Program-made: the position numbers and the translations under genes
NCBI GenBank assembly: GCA_050950765.1
Contig: JBMNIF010000003.1
Coordinates: forward strand, 1-64,000
From: Bdellovibrionota bacterium
Lineage (GTDB): Bacteria; Bdellovibrionota_C; UBA2361; JAAYZI01
Direction of reading: 5' to 3'
DNA: 64,000 nucleotides
The notes under the pieces: generated by a model
Told to the model about the DNA's origin: nothing
The model's database searches: none
What the model saw: the letters and a program-made list of their open reading frames with translations, nothing else
Shown here: in pieces, positions 30,632 to 40,364 of the stretch
How the letters are laid out: each line of letters opens with the position of its first letter
Numbering within the stretch: the stretch's first letter is position 1

Positions 30632-32155
30632 TCACTGTTCAAGACAGATCGCTAAGGTCTCTCGCAAGGCATTGAAAAGAAGAAGTGTGTATTTATCATT
30701 ATCGGTTGGCGTTTCAGGAGATGCTTCAATATAGAGCACTCCGTTATGTGTTCTGTTTATAATAGAGCCGAAGATCTGTTGGCAAAACGTTCCATCATTT
30801 CTAATGAATTCTTTTTTTAGTGGAAGGTTCCCCCATTTAGCAGACCTGATATTGGCACGAGTTTCAATATTTAAAGTCTTATAATAATCAAGTGAAGTGT
30901 TGCCTAAACGTAAAATAGGGGCGAGCCGCTCACTATTTTTTTTACTTATAAAAACACAGCCACGATCAAAGCCGAGCTTTGAGAAGAGGGGACCGATGAT
31001 CTCATTAAGGATATTTATAACAGGTTCTTTATGCTCTATCATTTTAAAAACACGCTCAAATGATTCACGCACATCAGTGGAGCATCTTTGAAGGTTTAAA
31101 TTATTAAAAACCGCCGAACTTTCAGTCGCCTCATCTTCATCACTTGGGTTGTCATCTGCAGCGATAGTAAGATGAAACTCTTCTGCTATCGGAAGTGTCA
31201 GGATAAATTTAGATGTATCACAATAATCACCGAGCGCACTTGCTACCCTTTGATCTATCTCTGATAGTACTCCCGTAGGAACCTGTTGCTCTATATATTG
31301 AAGATTTTGCACCCACTCTGCCTCTGCTGAGGGGTAATTAAGGGGGTCTTTAGAACGTCCGTACAGCTCTGCTATTTGACATAAAGCAGAGAGCTCTATC
31401 TTCTTATTAGCTAAATAGGAGAGATCGAGAGAGCCTTCTTCGGAAAATGTTTGTGATCTATACAACGAGATCTGTTTTCTAATTTCAGAATGCACATTCC
31501 ACTCTTTGGCGTATTGCAGAGCTATCGCAAGGGGAGAGACCCCTAAATAATTTGACAATTCACTATCGAGATCGTTTTTATGAATACGATAGCCGTAAAG
31601 AGCATCTGTATAAATTTTAGGATAGTTCCAAGCTATTAAATTGTAACCAAGTTGACGAAAAAAAGCTGCTGAATATGCAGTGCCTTCTGATAATTCTGGG
31701 TGCGCTTTAGCAATAGCCTCTGCGGCAAATGTTGTCAGTAAGGAATATTGCAGAGCTAAAGCTTGTTGTTGCCCCATTTTACTTATTTCATGTGGGGATA
31801 TCAGATACGGAGAAACTTTAAATAATTTAACAAGATTGGAATCATCGATGTTTCTTATTAAATCGAAGGGATTTGGTACTATATCAAAGGAGTCTGCGAA
31901 GTGAGATGTTCTGCGACTGCAATAAAGAAAGAGGGCAGGATCTTTTTTTATCTCTTCAATTAGAGATTCTCTGTCACTGATAAATTCACCTGATTCTAAA
32001 TTTTGATTAATGTTTTTTAAAATACCTTTATTTACAGGCAACCACCGCACGGAGATGTGACGCATCACAGAATCTAGACGCTTATTAGGCGAACGACACG
32101 CTATGCTTTTAATTTTTCTATCACTTTCAGGTGGTTGGTATAGAAAAGTTGTCAC
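30632..32155 (-). CDS. HDOD-domain signalling protein (degenerate HD motif)
   Basis: WLP, I.KDPAL, 'AYSAAFFRQLG' (normally AGLLHDIG) and 'LGVSPLAI..QYAKEW' HDOD pattern; GAF-like tail. Confidence 0.7.
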   Translation of the reverse strand: MTTFLYQPPESDRKIKSIACRSPNKRLDSVMRHISVRWLPVNKGILKNINQNLESGEFISDRESLIEEIKKDPALFLYCSRRTSHFADSFDIVPNPFDLIRNIDDSNLVKLFKVSPYLISPHEISKMGQQQALALQYSLLTTFAAEAIAKAHPELSEGTAYSAAFFRQLGYNLIAWNYPKIYTDALYGYRIHKNDLDSELSNYLGVSPLAIALQYAKEWNVHSEIRKQISLYRSQTFSEEGSLDLSYLANKKIELSALCQIAELYGRSKDPLNYPSAEAEWVQNLQYIEQQVPTGVLSEIDQRVASALGDYCDTSKFILTLPIAEEFHLTIAADDNPSDEDEATESSAVFNNLNLQRCSTDVRESFERVFKMIEHKEPVINILNEIIGPLFSKLGFDRGCVFISKKNSERLAPILRLGNTSLDYYKTLNIETRANIRSAKWGNLPLKKEFIRNDGTFCQQIFGSIINRTHNGVLYIEASPETPTDNDKYTLLLFNALRETLAICLEQ

Positions 32156-32513
32156 AAAAAATCTCCCTGAAGCTATTTCTCATAAAAAATGAGAAAAAAT
32201 ACCCACTTAGTATCTTTCGATACGATCTCTCTCTTTTCTTTCTCCTGATCTTTACAGGAAAGAGAGGGTAAGTTACTTATTCACCACAATATGTTATTTC
32301 TATCGACTCTTTTCTGAAATTACATAACGGTTTCAGTGATTGCTTCGAAAAGAAGTGGCACAACTGGCAGGATTCACATATTATCTTTGCTATTAGATTG
32401 TAAATGTACTGTAAAATCAGCTTGTTAGCAGTGTTAGTAGAGGAGCTTACTCAATTAATATCGTTAGACGGGACTGAAATTAGAGGAAGGTACTGGATTT
32501 TAAAAGGTAAAAA

Positions 32514-33746
32514 ATGACAGAAAAAGAATTAACGTTTCCCAAAAATAAAATTAATATCTTATTACTAGAGAATGTACATCAAGCAGCAGCCGACCGCCTT
32601 AAAGAAGCTGGCTACAATGTAGAGCAATCAAGTAGCTCCTTGACTGAAGATGAATTGATGGAAAAGATTCAGGACGTTCATGTCTTAGGAATCCGTTCAA
32701 AAACTAAAGTTAATGCCAACCACTTTAGCGTTGCTAAAAAATTATTAAGTGTCGGATGTTTCGGTATCGGAACGAATCAAGTTGATCTTAATGCGGCTGC
32801 GATACATGCCGTGCCTGTTTTTAACGCTCCATACGGTAGCACTCGCAGCGTTGCCGAGCTTGCTATTGCACACGCCCTATGTTTGGCGCGTAGGATCGGA
32901 GATGCTAATCAAAATCTGCATAATAGTTTCTGGGATAAATCTGCTAAGGGATCTCATGAAGTGCGTGGTAAAACGTTCGGCATTATCGGTTATGGACATA
33001 TCGGTCAACAGGTCGGGCTTTTAGCTGAATCAATGGGGATGAAAGTTATCTTTTATGATCAGACTAAAAGGCTTGCCTTAGGAAATGCTGAAGTTAAAGA
33101 GACGATGGCAGATCTGTTAAAGGAAGCCGATTATGTTTCTTTACACGTTCCAGCACAACCTAATAATGCAGCCTTGATCGGTGCTAAGGAGTTGGCGTTA
33201 ATGAAGGATAGCGCCGTTCTGATTAATCTTGGGCGTGGAACATTGGTCGACTTTGCCGCTTTAAAGAACGCTATTCAAAATAAGGCGTTGGCAGGAGCTG
33301 GAATTGATGTTTATCCAAGTGAGCCTAAAGGTAATAAGGAAGAGTTTAAGTGTGAATTAGCAGGGGTTGAGAACGTTATGTTAACACCGCACCTCGGCGG
33401 TAGCACGGAAGAGGCGCAATATAGCATCGGAATTGAAGTGGCAACCTCCTTTATTAAGTTTATTGATAGTGGGTGTACGGTGGGAGCAGTTAATTTCCCG
33501 CAGGTTGACCTTCCGTTTTGTCCGAATTCACACCGCATTTTAAATATACATAAGAACGTTCCAGGTGTGTTAACTGAAGTGAATAAGATTATCTCTGACT
33601 TAGGAGCTAATATAAACTCTCAGTACTTGGGGACTTATAAAGATATCGGATATCTAGTGATGGATATAGCAGAAGGTCTCTCGGGAGAGGTTAAAGACCA
33701 TATCGCTGCGCTTCCAAACAATATCAAAACCAGAATGTTGTATTAG
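32514..33746 (+). CDS. serA: D-3-phosphoglycerate dehydrogenase
   Basis: GIRSKT, GCFGIGTNQVDL, FNAPY.STRSVAE, GIIGYGHIG and LTPHLGGSTEEAQ motifs; C-terminal ACT domain (HKNVPG). Confidence 0.97.
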   Translation: MTEKELTFPKNKINILLLENVHQAAADRLKEAGYNVEQSSSSLTEDELMEKIQDVHVLGIRSKTKVNANHFSVAKKLLSVGCFGIGTNQVDLNAAAIHAVPVFNAPYGSTRSVAELAIAHALCLARRIGDANQNLHNSFWDKSAKGSHEVRGKTFGIIGYGHIGQQVGLLAESMGMKVIFYDQTKRLALGNAEVKETMADLLKEADYVSLHVPAQPNNAALIGAKELALMKDSAVLINLGRGTLVDFAALKNAIQNKALAGAGIDVYPSEPKGNKEEFKCELAGVENVMLTPHLGGSTEEAQYSIGIEVATSFIKFIDSGCTVGAVNFPQVDLPFCPNSHRILNIHKNVPGVLTEVNKIISDLGANINSQYLGTYKDIGYLVMDIAEGLSGEVKDHIAALPNNIKTRMLY

Positions 33747-33784
33747 TTTATAGATTTTATAAAAAATAACAGAGGTGATTTAAG

Positions 33785-34876
33785 ATGAAAGATCGTGCCT
33801 ATAATTTTAATCCAGGACCAGCGGTACTACCGTTAGAAGCTTTAGATGAGGTTGTAAATAACGTCATAAACTATAAAGAATCTGGGATCGGACTCTTTGA
33901 GATGAGTCATAGAGGGAAAGACTTTGAGCAGGTTCTTGATGAGACAACGGCGTCTTTTAAAGAGTTGTTGGATCTTAGAGATGACTATGAGGTGTTGTAC
34001 ACTACGGGTGGCGCAACTAATCAATTCTCGATGGTGCCTATCAATCTATTACCATCAGATCAAACTGCTAACTATATTTTATCTGGAGTTTGGGCGAAGA
34101 AAGCAGCTGAGGAGGCGCGTAAGTTCGGTAAGGTGCACGTTGCTGCAACTTCTGCTGATGATAACTTCAAGACTATTCCGCAACAACTTAACCTTACAGA
34201 AGATGCCGCTTATTGCCACTTCACCAGTAATAACACGATTTACGGAACGCAGTATAAATCAGAGCCTGCGGTAGGGGATATCCCGTTAATCTGCGATGCT
34301 TCTTCTGATTTTTTGCATAAGCCGTTGGATATTAGAAAATATGCTTTGATTTATGCGGGAGCACAAAAGAATTTAGGTCCAGCGGGGGTCACGATCGTTA
34401 TTATTCGTAAAGATCTATTGGAGCGTGCACGGGTAACGGCACCTGAGACAACGCCCATTATGTTAAATTATCAAACGTATGCAGACTCTAAGTCGCTTTA
34501 TAATACGCCACCTGTTTTTGCTATTTATGTTGTCCACGAAGTTTTGAAGTGGATTAAGAATAGTGGTGGTTTGGAGAAGATCGCTGCGAATAATCAAGCT
34601 AAGGCAAAGCTTATTTATGATGTAATCGATAGTGGTTCTTTTTATAGTGGACACGCCGATCCTGCGTATCGTTCTGTTATGAACATTACTTTCAGACTTC
34701 CTACGGAAGATCTTGAGAAGAAGTTCGTACAGGAATCTAGCGCAGCCGGTCTGATCGGACTAAAAGGACACCGTAGTGTCGGTGGACTCCGTGCCAGTAT
34801 CTATAACGCATTCCCAACCTCAGGAGCCGAAACGTTAGCTAACTTTATGAAGGACTTTGAAGCTAAAAACGGGTAG
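33785..34876 (+). CDS. serC: Phosphoserine aminotransferase
   Basis: NFNPGPA.LP, EMSHR, GGAT.QF, YAGAQKNLGPAG, YNTPP and GHRSVGGLRASIYNA motifs. Confidence 0.97.
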   Translation: MKDRAYNFNPGPAVLPLEALDEVVNNVINYKESGIGLFEMSHRGKDFEQVLDETTASFKELLDLRDDYEVLYTTGGATNQFSMVPINLLPSDQTANYILSGVWAKKAAEEARKFGKVHVAATSADDNFKTIPQQLNLTEDAAYCHFTSNNTIYGTQYKSEPAVGDIPLICDASSDFLHKPLDIRKYALIYAGAQKNLGPAGVTIVIIRKDLLERARVTAPETTPIMLNYQTYADSKSLYNTPPVFAIYVVHEVLKWIKNSGGLEKIAANNQAKAKLIYDVIDSGSFYSGHADPAYRSVMNITFRLPTEDLEKKFVQESSAAGLIGLKGHRSVGGLRASIYNAFPTSGAETLANFMKDFEAKNG

Positions 34877-34929
34877 TAATCTTATTTAGAGGCGGTTTTT
34901 AGTAAGAGGGCAGTTCTAGGGCGCTTCTA

Positions 34930-34965
34930 ATTATTGCCCGATAAGTAAAGTTATCGGGCAATAAT
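34930..34965. terminator. Perfect 15-bp inverted repeat after serC
   Basis: attattgcccgataa-gtaaag-ttatcgggcaataat. Confidence 0.6.
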
Positions 34966-35101
34966 CGCAAATTTGAGAGATACTCCTCTGGCTGGGGTAA
35001 TAAGTTTTATTTTGGGGGTATTTTGCGGTAAATATTAGGTATTATGCTTTTAATCTTGTGCTGCAAGATCTCTTTGTTAACACAATTAGGAGAAAGATCT
35101 T

Positions 35102-35914
35102 ATGAAAAAAATATTACTTCTCTTGCTGATGACTTTCGTAGCGTGCGGTGGTGGTAGCGATGACGGAGGAAATGAAGGCAATTCGTGTGGTGTTCTTAAT
35201 TTAAAAAGTGTTACTACAAAGGTCTATAATGGAGAATCTTGCAGTAGCGCTGGTCCAGTTATGAAGCTTCTTATCACCTCCAGAAACCTTATTACGGGTG
35301 AAGTATCAACGTCTAACTGCTCAGGTGTGGCAGTATCTCTAACCACTATCTTAACTGCGGCACACTGCGTTGAACCATTTTTTAACAATACTACGCAGCC
35401 TTTAGAGCTTACCGTTGAATCTGATGCAGCCCTTTATTCGATTACAGGTGGCGGAATAAGCGATATTGCAGCGGTTCCCGAGTATTTCCGTACAAGACGA
35501 GCCTATGATTTCGGATTTATCCGCCTCTCAACTCCACTGCGAGGTGTAGCGCCTGTTCCAATTTTAGTTTCTGTTCCGCTTCAAGTTGGTGATATTGTTA
35601 CACAATTTGGCTATGGCGCAGATGAATACGGCTTTTTCGGTAATTTAAAGGCAGGAGAATCAACTATAACCGCTATTTCAAATGAATTGATAGAAACAAC
35701 TATAAATAGCTCCAATCAAGTTATCTGCGGTGGTGATTCTGGTGGACCTATTATTAAAGTATTTAACGGTGTCAGTTACCTTGTTGGAATTACATCTTTT
35801 GGTGGTAATGATCTTTCACAGTACTGCGGGAGTATAAACTATTTTGGAAATATGCAGAATCCGATTGCTGTGCAGATCTTACGAGGATACGCACCTGATG
35901 CGTCGTTTAGATAG
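35102..35914 (+). CDS. Trypsin-like (S1) serine protease lipoprotein
   Basis: Lipobox-like FVAC; LTAAHC, YDFG and CGGDSGGP catalytic motifs. Confidence 0.9.
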   Translation: MKKILLLLLMTFVACGGGSDDGGNEGNSCGVLNLKSVTTKVYNGESCSSAGPVMKLLITSRNLITGEVSTSNCSGVAVSLTTILTAAHCVEPFFNNTTQPLELTVESDAALYSITGGGISDIAAVPEYFRTRRAYDFGFIRLSTPLRGVAPVPILVSVPLQVGDIVTQFGYGADEYGFFGNLKAGESTITAISNELIETTINSSNQVICGGDSGGPIIKVFNGVSYLVGITSFGGNDLSQYCGSINYFGNMQNPIAVQILRGYAPDASFR

Positions 35915-35923
35915 GGAAAAATA

Positions 35924-35960
35924 GAGCGCCATGTTAAAATAGCGTGGCGTTCTCCCTTCT
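35924..35960 (+). terminator. Hairpin after the protease gene
   Basis: gagcgccatgtta-aaa-tagcgtggcgttc. Confidence 0.55.
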
Positions 35961-35980
35961 ATCCTCTAAATTCTTCAATC

Positions 35981-36250
35981 AATTTTTACCGATAAGATCA
36001 GGATATCTTCTAGGTGGGGTAATTTTTTACCGATAAGATCGGAGTGTCTTCATATAGAGGGTAAAAAATCTCACTTAACTCTTTTTTATCCCCAAATTAT
36101 TTTTATCAATAAGATCTGGATATCTTCTAGCTAGAGGGTAAAATTTCTTCTTTTAACTCTATTTTTATCTCCAAATTATTTTTGCCAATAAGATCAGAAT
36201 GCCTTCATAATATAAGGTAAAAAACCCTTCTTAAATCTTTTACCCTCAAA
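35981..36250. repeat. Four-copy degenerate tandem array (one 41-bp partial unit plus ~76-79-bp units), A/B alternating and hairpin-forming
   Basis: Anchor (g/a)ataagatc at 35991, 36032, 36108 and 36187, each preceded by atttt(t) and followed by ..ggtaa. Confidence 0.85.
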
Positions 36251-36442
36251 AATAATATATTTACTGATCTCATTTATAGTTGGATAGTTTGATGGCTAGG
36301 GGGCTTTTTTTGAATCAAAAAGTTCCGAATGTCTATTTTTCTAACAGTCGATTTTGTTTGCTGGGATATTATTAATAATTTAATAATCAGCAGATATTTT
36401 TTAGTTTTAATCTTTTAGGTTTTAATAATTAAGACACAGGTT

Positions 36443-37174
36443 ATGAAAGATAAAAGAAGATATATTGTTTTTTCTAAGGTGTTGCTCCTAAGTTTGATCG
36501 GATGTTCCGGTGTCTCTAATTTTACCGAGAGTTATGATCATAAGAACTTTATCTATCTCCTTTCAACACCCCGTAATCACCCTGTGACGCAGCCACGTTT
36601 TCGCATCCCGAACTTAGAAGAAGCTCTGAATGAGTCAAATCCTGTTGTAAGGAACAATGCTTTAATGGATTTAACTGCTCTGGCTAAAACAGACCCCAAA
36701 GCAGCAGAAGCTCTTTTTAGGACTTTAGAAAATAGGGATCCGTTAGTACGACGTACGGCAGCTTGTACTTTAGGTAAGATCGGTGCGTCCCCTACTCCCC
36801 TTCTGATTGAAGTTTTAGCAGAGGTGGCAGAACGTGGCACTTACGATCAACGAGTTTCGGCGCTTAATTCACTTTCAAATTATGGAGATAGATCCAAAGA
36901 AGCTGCTGCGGCTTATGCGCAATACGCCTCTGAAGTTCTCCGCCTTGATGATGGTGTAAGTTGGCGACGCCAACATTTAAAACACCGCCAAGTGCAACAC
37001 CCGAAACGTGTTTCTACCCAAGAAGAAGAGACACTTGAAGAGTACAATGCAAGGTTGGCGCAGCAGAAAAAAGAGGCGTCTGAAGTTTCTGCAAAAGTTC
37101 AAGCTGACATTATCAAGCGATATGGCAGCATTGAAAAATACGAAGCTGTCAGGTCTGCAAAACAACCTGACTAA
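36443..37174 (+). CDS. HEAT-repeat lipoprotein
   Basis: Lipobox LIGC; HEAT-like repeats 'L.E.NPVVR.NA...L' and 'LEN.DPLVRRTAACTLGKIG'. Confidence 0.75.
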   Translation: MKDKRRYIVFSKVLLLSLIGCSGVSNFTESYDHKNFIYLLSTPRNHPVTQPRFRIPNLEEALNESNPVVRNNALMDLTALAKTDPKAAEALFRTLENRDPLVRRTAACTLGKIGASPTPLLIEVLAEVAERGTYDQRVSALNSLSNYGDRSKEAAAAYAQYASEVLRLDDGVSWRRQHLKHRQVQHPKRVSTQEEETLEEYNARLAQQKKEASEVSAKVQADIIKRYGSIEKYEAVRSAKQPD

Positions 37175-37269
37175 TTTTTTATATTACTTTTGACATACAC
37201 ATACAGTTTTTTATTCATTCAATATGATTGATCTCCTGTATCGTATATTTAAAAGGACTTGGAAATAAG

Positions 37270-38502
37270 ATGAATAAATATGCAAATTTTGAGAATTATC
37301 TAAAAGAGTATCCAACAAAAGATGGTAGGTTTGGTGAATACGGTGGTGTTTATTTACCACCAGAGTTAGTCACTCCTTTTGATGAGATAGATAAAGCTTA
37401 TAAGACGATCTGTCACAGTGCGCAGTTTATCAATGAGTTGCGCCGCATTAGGAAGGAGTTTCAAGGTCGCCCTACCCCTGTCTACCACTGCGAAAGGCTT
37501 TCAAGAAAACTCGGTAGTTGTCAGATCTACCTTAAGCGTGAGGACTTAAACCATACCGGTGCACATAAATTAAACCACTGTATGGGAGAAGGACTTTTAG
37601 CTAAATACATGGGGAAGAAAAAGTTGATCGCTGAAACAGGCGCAGGGCAACACGGTGTGGCTTTGGCTACGGCTGCAGCCTTTTTCGGATTAGAGTGTGA
37701 AATCCATATGGGAGAGGTTGATATCGCTAAACAGGCTCCTAACGTTGCTAGGATGAAAATTCTTGGAGCGGAGATCGTCCCTGTTTCTTTTGGTTTAAAA
37801 ACTCTTAAGGAGGCAGTTGATTCAGCTTTTGAATCTTATTTAAAACAGTACGAGACAGCTATCTATTGTATCGGCTCTGCAGTGGGACCACATCCGTTTC
37901 CTTTAATTGTTCGTGACTTTCAGATGGTTGTTGGCATTGAAGCTAGAGAGCAGTTCCTCGATATGACCGGTCTCTTTCCAGATGCGATAGCGGCTTGTGT
38001 TGGTGGTGGATCTAATTCCATAGGGATGTTTGTTCCCTTCTTAAGTGATCCTGTTGAGATATACGGGGTTGAGCCGTTAGGTAGAGGAAGTAATCCAGGA
38101 GACCATGCGGCATCTATGACTTACGGTAAAAAGGGTGTTTTACACGGCTTTGAGAGTTACCTTCTACAAGATGAGAAGGGAGATCCTCTGCCTGTACACT
38201 CAATCGCTAGCGGTCTTGATTACCCAGCGGTAGGACCTGAGCACGCCAACCTACACGATCTGAATAGGATTAACTACGTAGGTGTTACAGACTTGGAAGC
38301 TATTGAGGCATTCTTCCTTTTAAGCCGTTATGAAGGGATCATTCCAGCAGTTGAAAGCGCTCACGCTCTTGCTTATGCGCTTAAGGTTGCCAGAGAAGGT
38401 AAACACGATTCAATCCTAGTCAATCTTTCGGGGCGTGGAGATAAGGACATGGATTATGTTATTGAACATTACGGTTATGGTGAAGAGTATATACTTCCAT
38501 AA
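37270..38502 (+). CDS. trpB: Tryptophan synthase beta subunit (stand-alone)
   Basis: [45 protein letters not shown] and NLSGRGDKD motifs. Confidence 0.96.
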   Translation: MNKYANFENYLKEYPTKDGRFGEYGGVYLPPELVTPFDEIDKAYKTICHSAQFINELRRIRKEFQGRPTPVYHCERLSRKLGSCQIYLKREDLNHTGAHKLNHCMGEGLLAKYMGKKKLIAETGAGQHGVALATAAAFFGLECEIHMGEVDIAKQAPNVARMKILGAEIVPVSFGLKTLKEAVDSAFESYLKQYETAIYCIGSAVGPHPFPLIVRDFQMVVGIEAREQFLDMTGLFPDAIAACVGGGSNSIGMFVPFLSDPVEIYGVEPLGRGSNPGDHAASMTYGKKGVLHGFESYLLQDEKGDPLPVHSIASGLDYPAVGPEHANLHDLNRINYVGVTDLEAIEAFFLLSRYEGIIPAVESAHALAYALKVAREGKHDSILVNLSGRGDKDMDYVIEHYGYGEEYILP

Positions 38503-38526
38503 GTTTAAGATTCTGAAGTGATTTTC

Positions 38527-38556
38527 TGCCCCTTTGTAATATTTATAAAGGGGCAT
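38527..38556. terminator. Bidirectional hairpin between convergent trpB and fliD
   Basis: tgcccctttgtaa-tat-ttataaaggggca. Confidence 0.6.
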
Positions 38557-38624
38557 TTTAGCATAAATCATCAATGCTCTTACCTCTCTTCTGATTTTTT
38601 AAAAAAAGAAAAACTTTCTAAAGA

Positions 38625-40034
38625 TTAGTCCTTTATCTTTAAGAGTGATGTTAAAGAAGAGGAGGTCGATTGTAGTTCTGACATAGTTGCTTCAAGTCGT
38701 GCAAAACGTGCCCTCATATTTTCTTCTGTTTTAAGAATCAGCTCTTCAGCTCTAGCAATACGATCATTTAAGTCTGATATCTGGGTGTTGTTACTGTTAA
38801 TACTAACATCAATCATGCCGTTAAGACGTGTATAGGAGTAGATCGTTCCACCAGTTAACCCCATTGAGTCGCCTAATGAGATAGTAATTTCATTAACAGC
38901 GTTAGCATCTTGATCGAGAGCTGCCTCTAAAGTTTCACTTTTAAAAGCTAAGGTTCCATCACGTTCTGTGGTAATACCGAGATCAGCAAAAATTCTTACT
39001 GAATTTTCAGCAGTAGCTTTTGCGGTAGAGATATCAGATCGGAGTGCGCTTAGAAGGTTCTCGTCAGTGTTGGTTTTAGCTAAAGATCCGTAGATATTTC
39101 TCACTTCAGATCCGTTTTCTTCACGGGTAACTTCATCATTTTTTGAGATATACTCTACAATCTCATTATAAAGATCTACAAACTCTTTTAAGTTTGCAAC
39201 GGTTTGTTCCTTATCTGTATCAACGGTTACAGTAGCAGTTCCGATGCTACTTAAAGAAAATGTCAGCCCATCAATAACATCATTAATAGTATTAGATTTT
39301 CGTGTAACATCGACACCATTGATAGAGAAAACAGCGTCAGAACCGGCAACGGATACACACCCCGTATCCCAAACTCTACTTCCACCACCACCTGCTTTTA
39401 ATTCTTCTGGAATATTTACCGTAGCAATTCCATTTTCGGAGCCGGAAGAGTTTGAAACAACCATTACGACATAGTCGGGATTTGAATTTGTACCTCTATT
39501 GATTAAAGATGCCGTAGCGTGATCGCTTTTAGAATTAAACTCTGAAACAAAATCTGCCAATGTTGTAGAGGCAGTGACATCAATTGAAACGGTCTCCAGA
39601 GGTGTGGGTGATCCTATCGTAAAATCGACTGTTTGAGTGTCTGCTATAGTGTCATTGATCTTCGCTGTTGGGCTGGTATAGGGAGTATCTGAGATTAAAG
39701 TGTACGAACTGTTTTTAGCTAAGCTACTAACTTCGACGTTATAAGAACCTTTTTTACCATATTTATTGGCACTTGCGGCTACTACGGTTTCATCTGTTGA
39801 TGTTGCGGAACGGGCAACGGCACCACCATTTAATGTTGAAAATCCATCTACAACCGTCTTTAGATTATTCAACATCTCTTTCAATTCTTCTAAGGCAGAG
39901 TTTTCAGATTTCATCTCTGAAATCTTTTCTTCCTTAGGGGTTACTTTAGCAGCACGTGTGGCATCGCTTGTTGCATTAATTAAAGATTCGGTATCAATTC
40001 CGGAAACCATACCTGAAAATGTTACTGTTGCCAT
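38625..40034 (-). CDS. fliD: Flagellar filament cap protein (HAP2), paralogue 1
   Basis: FSG..SGIDT..LI N-terminus, DAVFSING...TR.SNTINDVI.G.TF.L, LGITTERDGTL and RF.RLE C-terminus. Confidence 0.92.
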   Translation of the reverse strand: MATVTFSGMVSGIDTESLINATSDATRAAKVTPKEEKISEMKSENSALEELKEMLNNLKTVVDGFSTLNGGAVARSATSTDETVVAASANKYGKKGSYNVEVSSLAKNSSYTLISDTPYTSPTAKINDTIADTQTVDFTIGSPTPLETVSIDVTASTTLADFVSEFNSKSDHATASLINRGTNSNPDYVVMVVSNSSGSENGIATVNIPEELKAGGGGSRVWDTGCVSVAGSDAVFSINGVDVTRKSNTINDVIDGLTFSLSSIGTATVTVDTDKEQTVANLKEFVDLYNEIVEYISKNDEVTREENGSEVRNIYGSLAKTNTDENLLSALRSDISTAKATAENSVRIFADLGITTERDGTLAFKSETLEAALDQDANAVNEITISLGDSMGLTGGTIYSYTRLNGMIDVSINSNNTQISDLNDRIARAEELILKTEENMRARFARLEATMSELQSTSSSLTSLLKIKD

Positions 40035-40135
40035 AAGTACGTATCCTTCTTAGAAGATATTCATCGAGGGAGGTGTATAATTTTTGCCGAATGCGATAAA
40101 AATTTTTCTGATACAGAGCTCCTCAACCTTATCTG

Positions 40136-40151
40136 TGCAAGGATTAAGCCA
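40136..40151 (-). promoter_or_regulatory. Candidate sigma-54 promoter for fliD paralogue 1
   Basis: Minus strand TGGCTTAATCCTTGCA matches the -24/-12 TGGC-N7-TTGCW spacing exactly. Confidence 0.55.
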
Positions 40152-40255
40152 TGATTAACAACTGGAATTTATTATGATTTTTTATAGCAGGCTTATCGAA
40201 AGAGGCAGAAAATGCCCTCTTTTAGAAAGAATAGAATGCTATTTTAAAAAAACCC

Positions 40256-40282
40256 TTAAGTCTTAAATATTTTTGTCGATAT
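40256..40282 (+). promoter_or_regulatory. Candidate sigma-28 promoter for fliD paralogue 2
   Basis: TTAA-N15-GTCGATAT about 80 bp upstream of the ATG at 40365. Confidence 0.5.
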
Positions 40283-40364
40283 AAATTAGTAATGGATTGT
40301 GAAACCGTTCTCTTTTTAGGGACGGTGTGTGCCACGTCAGATAAGACGCGTAACAGGAGGTTGT

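Noticed and set aside
32356..32372. Sigma-54 promoter before serA (tggcacaactggcag)
   Set aside because: The GG-to-GC spacing is 2 bp off the strict -24/-12 requirement.
35981..36250. CRISPR array or iterated sigma-28 promoters
   Set aside because: The intervening sequences are homologous. The nearest TAAA is 17 bp, not 15 bp, from ACCGATAA, and later units have lost the CGA.
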